From Octopus sinensis (Eukaryota), in contig NC_043014.1 in NCBI RefSeq assembly GCF_006345805.1, forward strand, positions 4,712,001 to 4,776,000: 64,000 nucleotides of DNA. Direction: 5' to 3'. The notes beneath the pieces were generated by a model, which searched no databases, had not been told where the DNA came from, and saw only the letters and a list, made by a program, of their open reading frames with translations. The position numbers and the translations under genes are program-made. This document shows, piece after piece, positions 42,489-57,152 of this stretch (the stretch's first letter is position 1; the number at the start of each line of letters is the position of its first letter).

Positions 42489-42742
42489 CATAATACATAC
42501 ATACATACATATATACATACATACATGCATCCATCCATCCATACATACATACATACATACATACATCCATCCATCCATCCATCCATCCATACATGCATCC
42601 ATCCATCCATACATATATACGTGCATACGTACGTACATACATACATACATACATACAACATACATACATAATACATACATACATACATACTTACATACAT
42701 ACATACATACATGCATACATACATACATACATACATACATAC

Positions 42743-42773
<31 letters not shown>

Positions 42774-42904
42774 CATACGTACATACATACATACATACTT
42801 ACATACATACATACATACATACATACATGCATACATACATGCATACATGCATACATACATACATATATACATACATACATACATACATACATACATACAT
42901 ACAT

Positions 42905-44095
42905 ACAAAAATATTATCGAAAAGTCTACACTAGATGTCAAGAAAAGATATGTAGGGAAATTGTCGCGCCCAAGATTACCGTCCGGGACGCAGTACACCC
43001 GACCATTTAGACGTTCAAAGACAGATCTCCCAGCAAACATTGAAATATTTCCAAGGTTTATACGCTGTAAACCACGAAAATGCACACGATCACGTGCCCT
43101 GGGGCATGTTGCGGATGGTTTTCCAGAAGATGTGTTTAATGTGCAAATACTGTTTGCCATAAAGTACTTATATGGATGTTCAAATGTTTGTATTTATGTA
43201 AAAGTCGAAAGTTTACAACTTGAAGGTTTCACTTAGTTGAAGTGTGCATTGTTAATGCCCCTTCTCACATTCTTTTTTGTGATCTGGTTGAATATGCGCA
43301 ACCATTGTGGCAGAGGTATCCCAATTCATCTCTACGTGATCGGTCGACTGTTATTTGTAGACGACATGCTGCTACCTGATTCTTCTGATGGTCACCAACA
43401 ACGTGCATTGAATGGGTTGGCTGCCGAGTACCCCAAGACAGGATTGACAAATACGCACTGTGTAGGAAAGTGGAACATCATTATTGCGGGTCTCTATTCA
43501 CGAATGATTCAAAGTTGGTGAAATTATAAATCATTAGTTAAGGAGACACGGGTAAAAGACTTTAGCCATAAAATTAGTTCTTACTTGGTGTGTCATCAGG
43601 TTTATCGTCGAGAGATTTCTTGGAGATGAAACGTTTCTGTGAAAAAATAGAAATAGCATCATATAAAGAGAACTTCAGGGTATTTATTATCGTTTAGAAC
43701 TTAAAACAATGCAATAGATGACAACATATTCGGACAGGTATCATTGCCAACACTACCATCTCAACCCCTTAGAAATCTTCTAGAAGGCGCTTCCATCAAG
43801 TCAAAGGATTTTCTGAACAATATCAGACAATACAACTCTGCATTTCAAATGACATCGTTTGGTGAATCTAAGAAGATAGATAAACATGAATTTACCCCGA
43901 CGTCAAAGTTCAAGGGCAAGTCTATCCCATCATTGGTTCCCTGGTACTCGCGAATGAACAACCACAGTTCCTCAAATTTACTCTATGAGTGATGTAGGAC
44001 AAGAAACCCGACGTGAGGTGTCAAAATTTCCGATGATGGGTCGTGTTAGACACAGCGCACACTGCTGCAAAGGAGAGTATATCCCCAGCAATGCC
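42905..44095 (+). mobile_element. RTE RT fragment plus Helitron fragment (second copy of the cassette, with deletions)
   Basis: Same sequence as 15690-16880; RLLFVDDMLL and NNIRQYNSAFQMTSFG. Confidence 0.85.
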
Positions 44096-44123
44096 GGGTA
44101 TGTCTGCTAGTAGTACACACACA

Positions 44124-44163
<40 letters not shown>

Positions 44164-44177
44164 CACATAGATATTTC

Positions 44178-44243
<66 letters not shown>

Positions 44244-45519
44244 TATATACATGTATATATATAGTTAAATTTAATCCAAACAAAAAAGCACAAAGAAGCA
44301 CATCAACGCGTGGACGTGGAACAAACACAGTATTATTGGACGCCCAGGAAAGAAAGAAAGAAGGAGGGTTTAACGTTTCGGGTGGAGCTCTTCGTCGGAA
44401 ACATACGAGATGGAATGATTCAGAAGAGGGAAGACAGGGGGAAAAAATCGCCAAAGGTACACACGCACACACATTTTGAATGACCGGAAGGAAATGGGTG
44501 AAGAAAAGTTCTTTCAAAGACAGGAGATTGGTGGAGGAAGAAGTATGTGTGTGTAAGTGTGGATAAGAGCGTGTGCGGAGGTCTGCGTGTGCGTGTGTGT
44601 GTCAGTGTGTATGTGTGCAATAATAACACGTGTGTGTGTATGTGTGTGTGTATGTGTGTGTGGTTGTGGCTGTTAAACTTTGCGTGTTGTAGGGTTAGTA
44701 GTGTTAAGGTCAAGGAAGAAGGAATTGGGCGTGGCTCCTTTTGTCTCTACCACAGGTCAAGTAGTAGGTACTGCTAGTTTGAAGTATGTGTGTGCGTGCG
44801 TGTATGTATATGTATCGTGTGTGTGTATTGTTTGTAGTGTGTGTGTGTGCATGTGTGTGTGTTCGTGTGTGTAGGTGTAGAGTTAGGGTGTTTGGCGAAT
44901 AACTGTGCGTCTGTGTGTATACATGTATGTATAATTGTGCGCGTGTATGTATTATTGTGTACCGTGTGTATGGGACGTATGTGTGGGTTCATTTGCGTGT
45001 GTGTGTATGTATGTGCGTGCGTCTCGTATGTGCGTGTGTGCATGTACGTGTACGTTTGTATGTGTGTGTGTAAGCGTATATGGGTGTATATGCGTGTATC
45101 CGTGGGGTTGTGAGTTTTCTGTGTGTGCATTAATGTGCGTGTGTACGTGCGTATGTGTGCGCATGTTTTTGCGTGCGTGTGTGTGTGTGTCTCTGTCTAT
45201 ATGTGTATACGGATGTGTGTGTGCGTGTAGGCATATATTGTGTGTATGTATATGTATTGGTGTGTATGTGAATTTGTACATGCGTGTGTGTTTTGGGTTT
45301 TTCTGGAGTTGTGTGGGAGTAATGTGCGTGCGTGTGTGCGCTTAAGTACGTGTATGTGCGTGTGTGTCTGTGCCCATGTGTGTATAAGTGTGTGCGTATC
45401 TGTATGAGTATTTTTCGTTAAAGGTATATGTGGACATCTGTGCTGGTGTGTGTGTATGTACGTGTGTATGTATGTGTGTGTGTATTGTGTGCGTATGATG
45501 CATATATCTCCGTGATCAC

Positions 45520-45790
45520 CGTCACAGACCAGTTGTTGCTACATATCGCTGGTCACAATGCGCTTCGCGTTGTTTTAGCCTTCAAATGATGCTACCCCGC
45601 GGGCTAAGCGAGCAGGCCAACAGCAGAAAGGGAAAAAGTTGTAGCGAAAGAGTACATCAGTGATCAACACAACCCACTCCCTGAGCCTCGTGGAGCATTA
45701 AACACTCACAACGCCCAGTCTGGGAATCGAAACCGCGATCCGACAACCATGAGTCCGCTGCCCTAACCACTGGGCCACTGCGCCTCCACA
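45520..45790 (-). mobile_element. tRNA-derived SINE (GTGGAGGCGCAGTGGCCCAGTGGTTAGGGCAGCGGACTC head)
   Basis: A box TGGCCCAGTGG and B box GGTTTCGATTCCC. Paralog at 56840-57105 (-); head fragments at 46775-46835 (+) and 62687-62745 (+). Confidence 0.8.
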
Positions 45791-46546
45791 CAGACACACA
45801 CACACACACATCACACATATATAAATACATATCGATATATACGCATGCACGTATACTTAAGCATACACACCATAAATATCACAAATATACGTATCTACTT
45901 ATACGCATATACACACACAACCGCACACATATATGTGAGTGGACATACACTGTATAGTGTGATTGTTCGTGTACAATTGAGCACGTGTGTCTGTGTGCGT
46001 GCGTATGTGTGTGTGTTTGTGTTTATTTGTGCGTGTGTTTGTCCGTGTGTCTGTGTGTATGTATTTACATTCGTTCTTACATATTGTCATATATAAAAAC
46101 CAACGTGAATTACAGTCAAACATTACGAAATTCACCGATCTACATTGGCACTCGCACGTTTTATTTTCAGTTGGAAAGAAAAGATTCAAAAAAACTCGCC
46201 TCACTTCCGTTCCCGATGGAGAGAAATAGATAAATGTGTGTAAATATGTACGTATTCATATGTGTGCGTGTGTGTGTGTTTGCATGTGTCTGTTTCTGTG
46301 CGTGTGCGAAAGTGTACATCTAGATATAATACTTAACACTAATATTAATAGGGCTAAACGTTGCAGCGACAGGGCATGGCCATGCTGGAACCCCACCATT
46401 AGATTTTTTTCATTACGCACTTATTTCCCTCTCCAGGATTATGTCTGGTGAAAGAGCGATCGGACAGGAGTACAATTCCACCCTTCTTTGTGTTTCCTTG
46501 GGATGTGTGTATATGTAAATATATATATATATAAATATACATAGAC

Positions 46547-46670
<124 letters not shown>

Positions 46671-47045
46671 TGATAGATAGATATGTATGTATATACATTC
46701 GTAACTATATATGTGTGTATAAATATATGATATGTATATATATATATATGTGAGTGTGTGTGTGTGTGTGTGTGTGGAGGTACAATGGCCCAGTGGTCGT
46801 AGGATCGCGCTTTCGATTCCCAGACCGAGCGGTGATATATGTATCTATGTATATATATATATATATATATATATTACAGTGCCTGTGTGGTAAGACACTT
46901 GCTTCTTAACCACAAGGTATTCAGTTCAGTCCCACTGCGTAGAAAATTGGACGAATGCCTACCACTCTAACCTCGAGCTGACCAGAGCCATGTCAGTAGA
47001 TTTGGTAGATTGAGACTGAAAGAAGGGTGCTATACACACACACAC

Positions 47046-47100
<55 letters not shown>

Positions 47101-47340
47101 CGTGTATGTATGTATCTATGTATTATGTATGTGTCAGTGATTGTCGCACCACTATCGCTTCTCAACAGATGCCGTTGTGTTTACGTCCCCGTTACGTAGC
47201 GATTCGGCTAGAGGTACTGATAGAATAAGCACTAGGCTTACAAAGAATAATTCCCGAAGTCGATTTGTCCTACTAAACGCAGTGCTCTAGCATGGCCGCA
47301 GTCAAGTGACTGAAGCAAGTAAAAGGATATATTTATACAT

Positions 47341-47403
<63 letters not shown>

Positions 47404-47834
47404 TATATATAAATATATATATATAGAGAGAGAGTGAGAGATAGACAGAGAGATACAAAGATAGATACATACACGCATATATATGTTTGTATATATATAT
47501 ATCTATATATGTACACGCACTAATATATTCATATGTATGTATATTATACATACAAAAATATGTATATTTATATATATGTATATACACATATGTACGTTTA
47601 GGAGTGTTAGCCTGTGTTTCGTGTGTGATTACGTGTGTGATGGATCTTATGTGTGTGTGTGTGCTCCATAGGAACATATGTACATGGTTCATGCATACAT
47701 CCTTACGTCCATCCATCCATCCGTACGTACATACATCCACACATTAATACATACATACGTAAATGCATACATACATACATGCATATATAAATACATAAAG
47801 ACATACATATATTAACACAAAATCAATGACTTAC

Positions 47835-47978
47835 CGTTTTCGATTTCTCTTCCATTTTTCCTATTCTTGAATCTTGATGAAGAATCACGATCGTCAGAAC
47901 GAGAAGAACCCCAAAAGCTATGAGAGAAGAAATGGAATAACGCTGCGAAATATTCCTGGACAGTTGTGCGAAATCCAT
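47835..47978 (-). CDS. First coding exon paralog (48 aa, signal anchor)
   Basis: MDFAQLSRNISQRYSISSLIAFGVLLVLTIVILHQDSRIGKMEEKSKT followed by GTAAGT (47834-47829). Confidence 0.65.
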
Positions 47979-50422
47979 TCTGGTGACAGTTGTCGGTCGT
48001 ACGTGATACTTCGTGTGGCTTCAACAAAAGATCGAGATGCGAGGTTTAAGCTGAAGACCTGTAACTGAATTCCACGTATTTATGGAGCGCACAACAACCC
48101 AGCTCTGGCATAGATCTTATCGTAAATTTATGAACCAATGCGATTGGTGGAACTGTAAAAGTGGGCGTGAACTTGTCTGACAGGTTTAATTATTGGAAAG
48201 AGATGGTTTGATATTGTCACACAATAATTAGCAAAATATTTCGATGAATGAGAGACACGTGTAAAGTGAAATGATTCCTGTTTCTGGATATATTATGATA
48301 TATTTATTTACTAATGTTGTTATTTAATTTTATTTGTTATTCTTGGGAAGCTGTTTTAATATTCAGTGTGGGAAATATTTCGTTCAACAGACGAATACAC
48401 AGACACAAAGACACACACACACGCACACTCACACACACACACACACACTGACACACTCACACGCTCGGACACACACACACAAACACACACACCCACACTG
48501 AGACACACACACTGACACACACTCACACACACACTGATATACATACACACGCACACACTGACACACACACGCACACACTGACACACACACGCACAAACAC
48601 ACACACACAATAAAATACACACATCCACAAATAGACACACACACTGGCACACACATACACACACACACATACACACACACACATACTGAGACACACACAC
48701 TGACACACACTCACACACACACACTGATATAGATACACACACACACACTGACACACACACCCACAAACACACACACACACTAATATACACACACACAGAC
48801 ATACACACACACACACACACACACTGACACACACAAACACACATACACACACACACTGACGTACACACACACACATACGCACACAAACATACACACACAC
48901 ACACTGACACAAACACTCACACACACTCACACACACATACTGACACACACACACACAAAACTGACACACACAGACACTGACATACCACACACATACTGAC
49001 ACACACACATTCACACACACACACACACGCCCACACACACACACACACACATACAAACACACCTACACACACACTGACACACACACACACACACACACGC
49101 ACACAAATATGCGGAAAATGCGGGCCCGTACGAGCGACCGGAGTTACTGTTGGGGCACAAGGTTGAAGTCAACTCCTCTAGCGAAGAATTTATCAAAGAG
49201 AAATACCGAAGGGAGGTAACTCACGACAGACTCCAGCCTGGCGCTCTCATGGCGTCACTTACTCGTTGCTGTTGACTATGTTTAAGTTAAAGCTATGGCT
49301 TTAAGTTTGTCCAGATATTCCCCTCTTCGGTATTTTCTTTTGATAACGGCTGAACTGGAACCCGATAGGGAGCAGCACTGGACTGATATGCTGTTTTTGC
49401 CGCTTTCTGCACTGAATTTGCCTTTAGCGTTTGAAATATGCCATTATCACATTTTAACGAACCTAAAAATTGCTTATGCCTAATACTGAGCGCTAATACT
49501 GTTCACTGGAAACGCCATGTTGAATGTTTCCATTATTCATTTGTCAATTTGCATTTCGTGCTTTCATATTACTTAATTATTATTCTTTTTCTCTAGCTTT
49601 TTCCCAATCGGGCATTCTTATGGCACGCAATTAATCGGACAAAAAACGTGCTGCCACCCACAGATCCCTCTTTCCAAGGATACCTTCGTTTATTTGGCAG
49701 CCATTCTACAAACTCCCACATACAAGGAGCAATCATGCTGGGTAGAGTGTGAAACACTCAACATGTTGCACTGATTCCACCTAATGTATATTTTATAAGT
49801 CGTCTTCCTTTCCTTACTAAGTCGTTTATGTGTGTTACAGTTATTGTATGCATGTATCTCGAAGCAAGTTCCTCTTCTGCGAGTTTGATAGTTTTATATT
49901 ACAGACGGAGATAATTTGTTGAACTTGATGTTTTGTGGTGTTGCTGTAGATTCGGTTCATGCTGTAGATTCGGTTCATGCTGTTCCTGAAGTCTACTCAT
50001 ATTTCTTGGTGGTTTCATATTTTATTTTGGCACATCAGTTTTCAGGGAACGATGAGAGGCTGCGTGTGTAATGTGGCGCGAGGCTTTGTGTGTGTGATTT
50101 TTGTAGAAAAGCGGGAATATGTGAATGTAGGTTGAAAATAGTTAATCGTGGGGCGTGTACATGTACCCTTCTCGAAAGTGTTTCGTGAAAACTTCAATGT
50201 GTTAGTAACCTGACAAGTAGTTAGGTAGTCAACATTTTGTGGTATTTCTTCAGTGGATATCAAATATCCTTTATTAGGTAATATCCGCGATTGGATTGCA
50301 GAGCTTTCATCGCATCGATTATTGCGAAACACAATTACAAGAAACGTATATGTTGCTTTATAATATAATATTTTATGATTCACCGACATAAATTTTCAAA
50401 TAAAAACGAATGTAAATTCGAT

Positions 50423-50922
50423 TCAGTATTTACTGCACACAAAGCAGGTTAATTCTCGACCAGTGACATGCGGTGGACATGGCAATGAACCACAAGCAGC
50501 CTGAACGAAATATAATAAAGCTCCGTCTTCGTTTCTGTAACCTGCTGGATCAGCTTCTGGTGCATAATCCACACACACATATTCATGTCTGCCCTTATGA
50601 CTATGACGTTCGGTCATCAAATATCCCGAAAACTCAGCTGTCCAACCATCGTAACACTTTGTCCTGGCTGGTAACATCATAACAACAGCAGGTTGTCGTG
50701 TCAAACAGACAGCGCACGGAACGTTGTGATCATGAATTGATTCAGCGTTAGAAAAAGAAAAGAGTTTATTCGTTGGGTAAAAATCTAATTGATATTCACT
50801 GCCATAAATGTAACCACCTTTTTCAACTTCTGTCGTATAATTGGCCCAAATGGGGTCGTTGGGTAGACACAAGAGATTGCTTCCGCCACCTGAGTGGTCG
50901 TACCTTTGTCCACCAGCCACAC
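50423..50922 (-). CDS. Terminal exon of a short-chain collagen C4-like domain protein (copy B)
   Basis: Acceptor ttctAG and the same 500-nt length as copy A. GVAGGQRYDHSGGGSNLLCLPNDP...CGSLPCPPHVTGRELTCFVCSKY*. Confidence 0.85.
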
Positions 50923-53084
50923 CTAGAATTGGTAAGAACATATCAAATGAAAAATATATTAAGCAAAATTATATATGAAATATATAATATATATATATAC
51001 ATATATATATAAATATATATATATGTTGTGTGTATACGGGTTCCTATTTGTGGTTACGACGTGGATTATTATGTATGTTTGCATGGGGTAGGTGATTTTC
51101 GGTGAATGTCAATAGATGGAGAAAAGGAAAGATATTTTATAACGCATGCACTCGTGTTTATCCGAAATGGAAAAGATGTTCACGTGTGAACAGGGATATT
51201 TCGGGTGGTGGAAATTGTTGGTGGTTTGAGTAGGACAATAGGGGAGACGACGAGATGCAGAGAAGTGGTGGGTAACCGTCGATGAAATGTTGTTTAGTCG
51301 ATCATACGAGAGTCAGTGGCTAAACCTCTCGTTTAGACTCGGACGAATCAGGCTTACATAGACGTTATGATCACACAGACTTTATTTCATGCAATACACA
51401 GAAACGAGGTGGGAGGAAAAATCGTGAGGTTCAGTGATGGCGTAGTGCTTAAGAAGAATGGACGGCGGAGTGGGCGACCGATAAAGGATATGTGTAGGTT
51501 TTACAGAGAGCGAATTCGGAGCATTTTAAAGCATTTTAAAGGAATGGCGAAGCGGTTTGTGGCAGCAGTTTTGAATTGGAAGTTTCGGAATTACCTTACA
51601 AAGATATACTGGATAATTAATGAGGTGATGTGGTGCATGAAAAGAGCAAGGTTTTAGCGATAGGACGATTTCGGTGAGGCGGAGAAGAATAGAAGTGCAT
51701 TCTGTACTCTGTTGTGTTCTCTCACTAATATTTAGTCTCTCTCTATTTTACTTAATGAATAAAGTCCTTAGCTTTTTCCATCAGTTACAGTATGTGGCTT
51801 GTCCAGTCCTCATTCTACATTGTGCGTTCAATTCATTAATCGTTTACAGTCACTGTCATCAATTCTAAAAGACTCAATCAAATTTAGCCCACACCTACGA
51901 TCAATGGGCACTCCAGATAGTGATAGTCACGTGGGAACTTTTCAGTCCTGGTCACTCACGTAGAATACCACCATCCGTAGCCTGTACACTTGATCACCAG
52001 TTAGCAGCCTCGGTATTTGATATCTACAATCCAAAGCTGGTCAGCCTGAAATTCTTGATCGCCATGGTGGTTTTCAGTCCAGCCCCTGCCTGTAATTTAA
52101 CGTAGAGATATCTATATTCTGTAGTTAGACAACATTCTTTTCATTTGGTCCGTAGTAGATAACATATAATATTCTGATTTGACTAAATACCTACAAAGGA
52201 GTAAGCAGTCTTGTGTAGTGTTTGTATAGTCTACAGGTATAGACGTTTGAAACGTGACATATCATAAAAGGATTTGAGAATGTTTATGTCAGACAACCCG
52301 ACAAAGGGTGAGTGTGTGTGCATGTGCGTGAGAGAGAGGGTTAGAGAGAAAGAGAAGCAACAAAAAGAGAGAATGAGAGGTATAAGAAGAGAACAAGAAA
52401 AAAACAAAATGAGAATGAGAGGTGAGAAATATAAAGTATACTAACCGTCATATACAAGTTTTGAATAAGGAGGACAAGTTGTTCTGCCCCACCGGGTATA
52501 CAATGATCCGAGACCGGGTTCTGCGAAATTAAAATGAAATAATGTAGTTTAAAAGAAAGAATTGGGGGATCATATACAATGTAGGATGTTGGATGGGAAG
52601 GAATTGATGGAGAAGAGAGAAATATAGAATTGAAGAAAGAACGAGTGAATGAATGAAAGTCAGAACGAAAGATGTAAATAATAAGAATAAATTGTAAAGA
52701 AAGAAAAAAGACATTTGTCTGTTGAGCCTGTTGTTGACGTTGATGTCAAAGATTTGAGAGATTAATCTCAGAATATCAGAATGCGTATCGGTCTCCGCTA
52801 TGAACGGATGTATGTATGATACGTAAACTTGGGTATGAGTATATATACTTCTCAATAGAATAATGATAAAACTCAATAGAATAATGATAAAATATTCGCC
52901 AGGTGCGAATATTCATCGGTCAATTACAAATATCAGTTTGGAGCTCGGCGCAAATAAGGCCATCATAATTACAATATGAAAATAACAACCATACCGCATC
53001 ATTTGTCGAGTTAGTTAAAAGACATCGCATCAAGATCTCGAGTAGAGGAATCCGTTCGATAAATGTATAGCACACCCCACCCAA

Positions 53085-55880
53085 TGCCAGTGTAACCAGC
53101 AGAAGTCTGCAACTTAATCTGTGGTGCGTTCGGTGGGAGCACAAAATTGACGGTCTCAGGAAACCAAAGCAGATCAAGAAGGGAACAACCTTTAATAATT
53201 GAAAATTAAAACGTCAAAATTGTTAGATATAATCTGCCTGTAAGATATAAATTTCGTTTTTCCGATAGCGTACACTTGGATATAGGCTTGAAACTCCACT
53301 ACGCAACTGTGGCGCCAACAATGTCTGCACAGGTGGGATTAGGATACTTTCAATCTCCAGCTTTCGGATTGTATTATGGAGTGAAACCGACTAGGTGTGA
53401 GGGTTCACCTCTTGAAGCTAAGGCTGAATATGAAGGACCACTGTGGCTGCTGTAAGTATATGCAGCAAACAGCGAGGTCAAATCCAAATCCTTCCTAAGC
53501 AAATTCACCTCAGCTTTAGATATATTTCGGGTAAAGTCATTTGTCCTGCCAGGAGACTTCAGTGCACACCTTGGCATTGATAATCGTGAGAAGGATTGAT
53601 TGGAAGGAATGTCGTCAGTGAAATTAATGGAGAGGTCATAGCAGCCTTCAGTGCAGGATACACACTCTCCTCTCTACGGAATAGATATTATTTTAAGACA
53701 GGGATATTTATAAGGGTACCTGGTATAGAAATACTTGGTGACAGAGGTTTTTGATAGATTTCGGTCATCTTTCACTCTTTGCTGAACGTTCGGGTAAAAG
53801 GAAGGGGTGGAGTTTTCAACTCGTCACTACCTAAATGTCTGAAAGCCTGAAAATTCCTACAGTCTGCCGAACACTGGAAATTGGTAAGTCCAGTGCAACC
53901 TACAGACTACAATTGGAAGCCGCAGTGGATGCTGGGTCAGAATCAAAAATGTGGAGACTTTTGCATCCAAATTGAGAGTGACCATTCGGAATGAATTTGG
54001 ACATCGAAATGGATTCGTGATTGTATAATTTTTTTCGGCAGGTTCTTCTTCGGTTGAACGCTTATTTGAGCTAAACTCACTTAAAAGTGATAAAGCTGCT
54101 GGTGAAAAGCACGTCCGGCTTGATATTTTAGAAACCTTGAATACAGATGGTATTCTCTGAGTGACCCATGTATGCTATGTGGATGGGACCTCTGGAAAAA
54201 ACACCAAGGCAATGGTAATATGGGGTGCCAATCACAATTTTCTCAAACAGAGACCAAAGATTGTGTTCTAATTATAGAAAAGTCTACACTAGATGTCAGG
54301 AAACGATAAGTAGGGAAAATGTCGTGTCCAAGATTACTGTCCGGGACGCAGTACACCCAACCAGAGAGTCGTTCAAAGACAGATCTTCCAGCAAACATTG
54401 AAATATTTCTAAGGTTTATACGCTGTAAACCACGGAATAACGTGCCCTGGGGCATGTTGCGGATGGTTTACCAGGAAGGTGAGTTTAATGGGCAAAAACT
54501 GGTTGCCATAATGTACTTATATGGATGTTCAAATGATTGTATTTATGTAAAAGTCGAAAGTTTACAACGTGAAGGTTTCACTTAGTTGAAGTGTGCATTG
54601 TTAGTGCCCCATTTCACGTTCTTTTTTGTGATCTGGTTGAATATGCGCAACCATTGTGGTAGAGGTATCCCAATTTATCTCTACGTGATCGGTCGACTGT
54701 TATTTGTAGACGACATGCTGCTACCTGATTCGTCTGATGGTCACCAACAACGTGCACTGAATGGGTTGGCTGCCGAGTACCCCAAGGCAGGAATGACAAA
54801 TACGAACTGTGTAGGAATGTGGAACATCATTAGTTCGGGTTTCTATTCACGAATGATTGGAAGCACAAGAGTGGACAGAATGCTGAATTGTAGATATAAA
54901 CGCAGTGAAGCGCCAGCTCGGGCATTTGATTCTCAGATGAAGAGGTCTTGGCACAATTATCGACGTAGCACTGCATATATACTCATATACACACAATAAA
55001 TGGCATAATATATTAGAGTAATATTTTATTTAGGAAATTATTGTAAAGTAGAATATATTTTGAAATAAATTCAGGCAAGTGTCTTAGTATATATTATTGT
55101 GGACATATGGATAGTAATGTGGAACTAATTCAAAGTTGGTGAAATTATAAATCATTGGTTAAGGAGACACGGGTAAAAGACTTTAGCTATAAAATTAGTT
55201 CTTACTTGGTGTGTCATCTGGTTTATCGTCGAGAGATTTCTTGGAGATGAAACGGTTCATTGAAAAAATAGAAATAGCATCATATAAATAGAACTTCAGG
55301 GTATTTATTATCGTTTCGAACTTAAAACAATGCAATAGATGACAACATATTCGGGCAGGAATCATTGCCAACAATACCTTCTCAACCCCTTAGGAATCGC
55401 CTAGAAGGCGCTTCCATCCAGTCAAACGATTTTCTGAACAATATCAGAGAATATAATTCTGCATTTCAAATGACATCGTATGGTGAATCTAAGAAGATAG
55501 ATAAACATGAATTTACGCCGACGTCAAAGTTCAAGGGCAAGTCTATCCCCTCATTGGTTCCCTGGTAACCGCGAATGAACAACCACAGTTCTTCCAAATT
55601 TGCTCTATGAGTGATGTAGGACGTGTGGTGTCAAAATTTCCGATGATGGGTCGTGTTAGACACAGCGCACACTGCTGCAAAGGAGAATATATCCACTGAC
55701 AGCATTTCGGTGCGTTCAAAAAATCACACAAGCCCCACCTCCAATTTTGCATGACAGGTTAGGGCCTGAAACACTCCAAACGGACGCATAGCATGTTGCT
55801 TAGTTGAATTAGCCCAGCATTTACTCTACAACTGTTTTGTTGTCAATGTTGCACTTTCCCATATCACCTGTTTCAAAATG
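53085..55880 (+). mobile_element. RTE (APE and RT) remnant plus Helitron fragment (third and longest copy of the cassette)
   Basis: Colinear with 14543-17087; NNIREYNSAFQMTSYG at about 55430-55480. Confidence 0.85.
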
Positions 55881-57115
55881 ACTGGAATATATTATATACC
55901 AACTTTGCCATTTTAATCCCCAGCAATGCCGGGTATGTCTGCTAGTACACACACACACATATATACATATATATATATACACATATATATATACATATAT
56001 ATATATACACATATATATATATACATATATATATATACACATATTTATATATATAGTTAAATTTAATCCATATAAGAAAGCACAAAAAACAACGCGAGGA
56101 CGTGGAACAAATATAGTATTATTGGACGAGGAAGGAAAGAAGGAGGGTTTAAGGTTTATGAGAATGAAAGATCCAGAGGAGGGAAGACAGAGGGAAAAAA
56201 ATCGCCAACGGTACACACGCGGACACATTTTGAATGACGGAAGGAACTGGGTGAAGAAAAGTACTTTCAAAGACAGGAGAGTGGTAGAGGAGGAGGAATG
56301 TGTGTGTAAGTGTGGATAAGAGCGTGCGCGGAGGTCTGCGTGTGCGTCTGTGTGTCTGTGTGTATGTGTGCAATGATGACACGTGTGTGTGTGTGTGTGG
56401 TTGTGGCTGTTAATATTTGCGTGTTGTAGGGTTAGTAGTGTTAAGGTCAAGGAAGAAGGAATTTGGCGTGGCTTCTTTTGTCTCTGCCACAGGTCAAGTA
56501 GTAGGTACTGCTAGTTTGATGTATGTGTGTGTGTGTGCGTGTATGTATATGTATCGTGTGTGTGTTTTGTTTGTAGTGTGCGTGTGTGTATGTGTGTGTC
56601 CGTGTGTGTGGGTTTTTGGAGTTGTTTTTGAGTAATGTGCGCGCGTGTGCTTGCGTGCGCGTGTGCGCTTAAGTACGCGTATGCGCGTGTGTGTCTGTGC
56701 CCATGTGTGTATAAGTGTGTGCGTATCTGTATGAGTATCGTTCATTAAAGGTATATGTGGGCCTCTGTGCTGGTGCGTGTGTATGTATTTGTGTATGTGT
56801 GTGTGCGTGTATTGTGTGCGTATGATACATATATATATCTCCGTGATCACCGTGACCGACCAGGCTATCAGTTGTTAATACACATCGCTGGTCACAATGC
56901 GCTTCGCATTAATTTAGCCTTCAAATGACGCCATCCCGTTGGCTAAGCGAGCAGGCCAACAGAAGAAACGGAGAAAGTTATAGCGAAAGAGTACAGCAGT
57001 GATCGTGGAGCTTTAAACACACACAACACCCAGTCTGGGAATCGAAATCTCGATCCTACAACCGTGAGTCCGCGACTCTAAACCCTGGGCCACTTCATCT
57101 CCACACAGACATATA

Positions 57116-57150
<35 letters not shown>

Positions 57151-57152
<2 letters not shown>

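Noticed and set aside
45730-45790. tRNA gene
   Set aside because: The tRNA-like head continues into a SINE body that recurs elsewhere; no complete cloverleaf or terminator.
51960-52010. VQATDGG cadherin-like peptide (protocadherin or discoidin remnant)
   Set aside because: Only 7 residues flanked by stops, not preserved in the paralog (VLDTDGG), with no other cadherin motifs.
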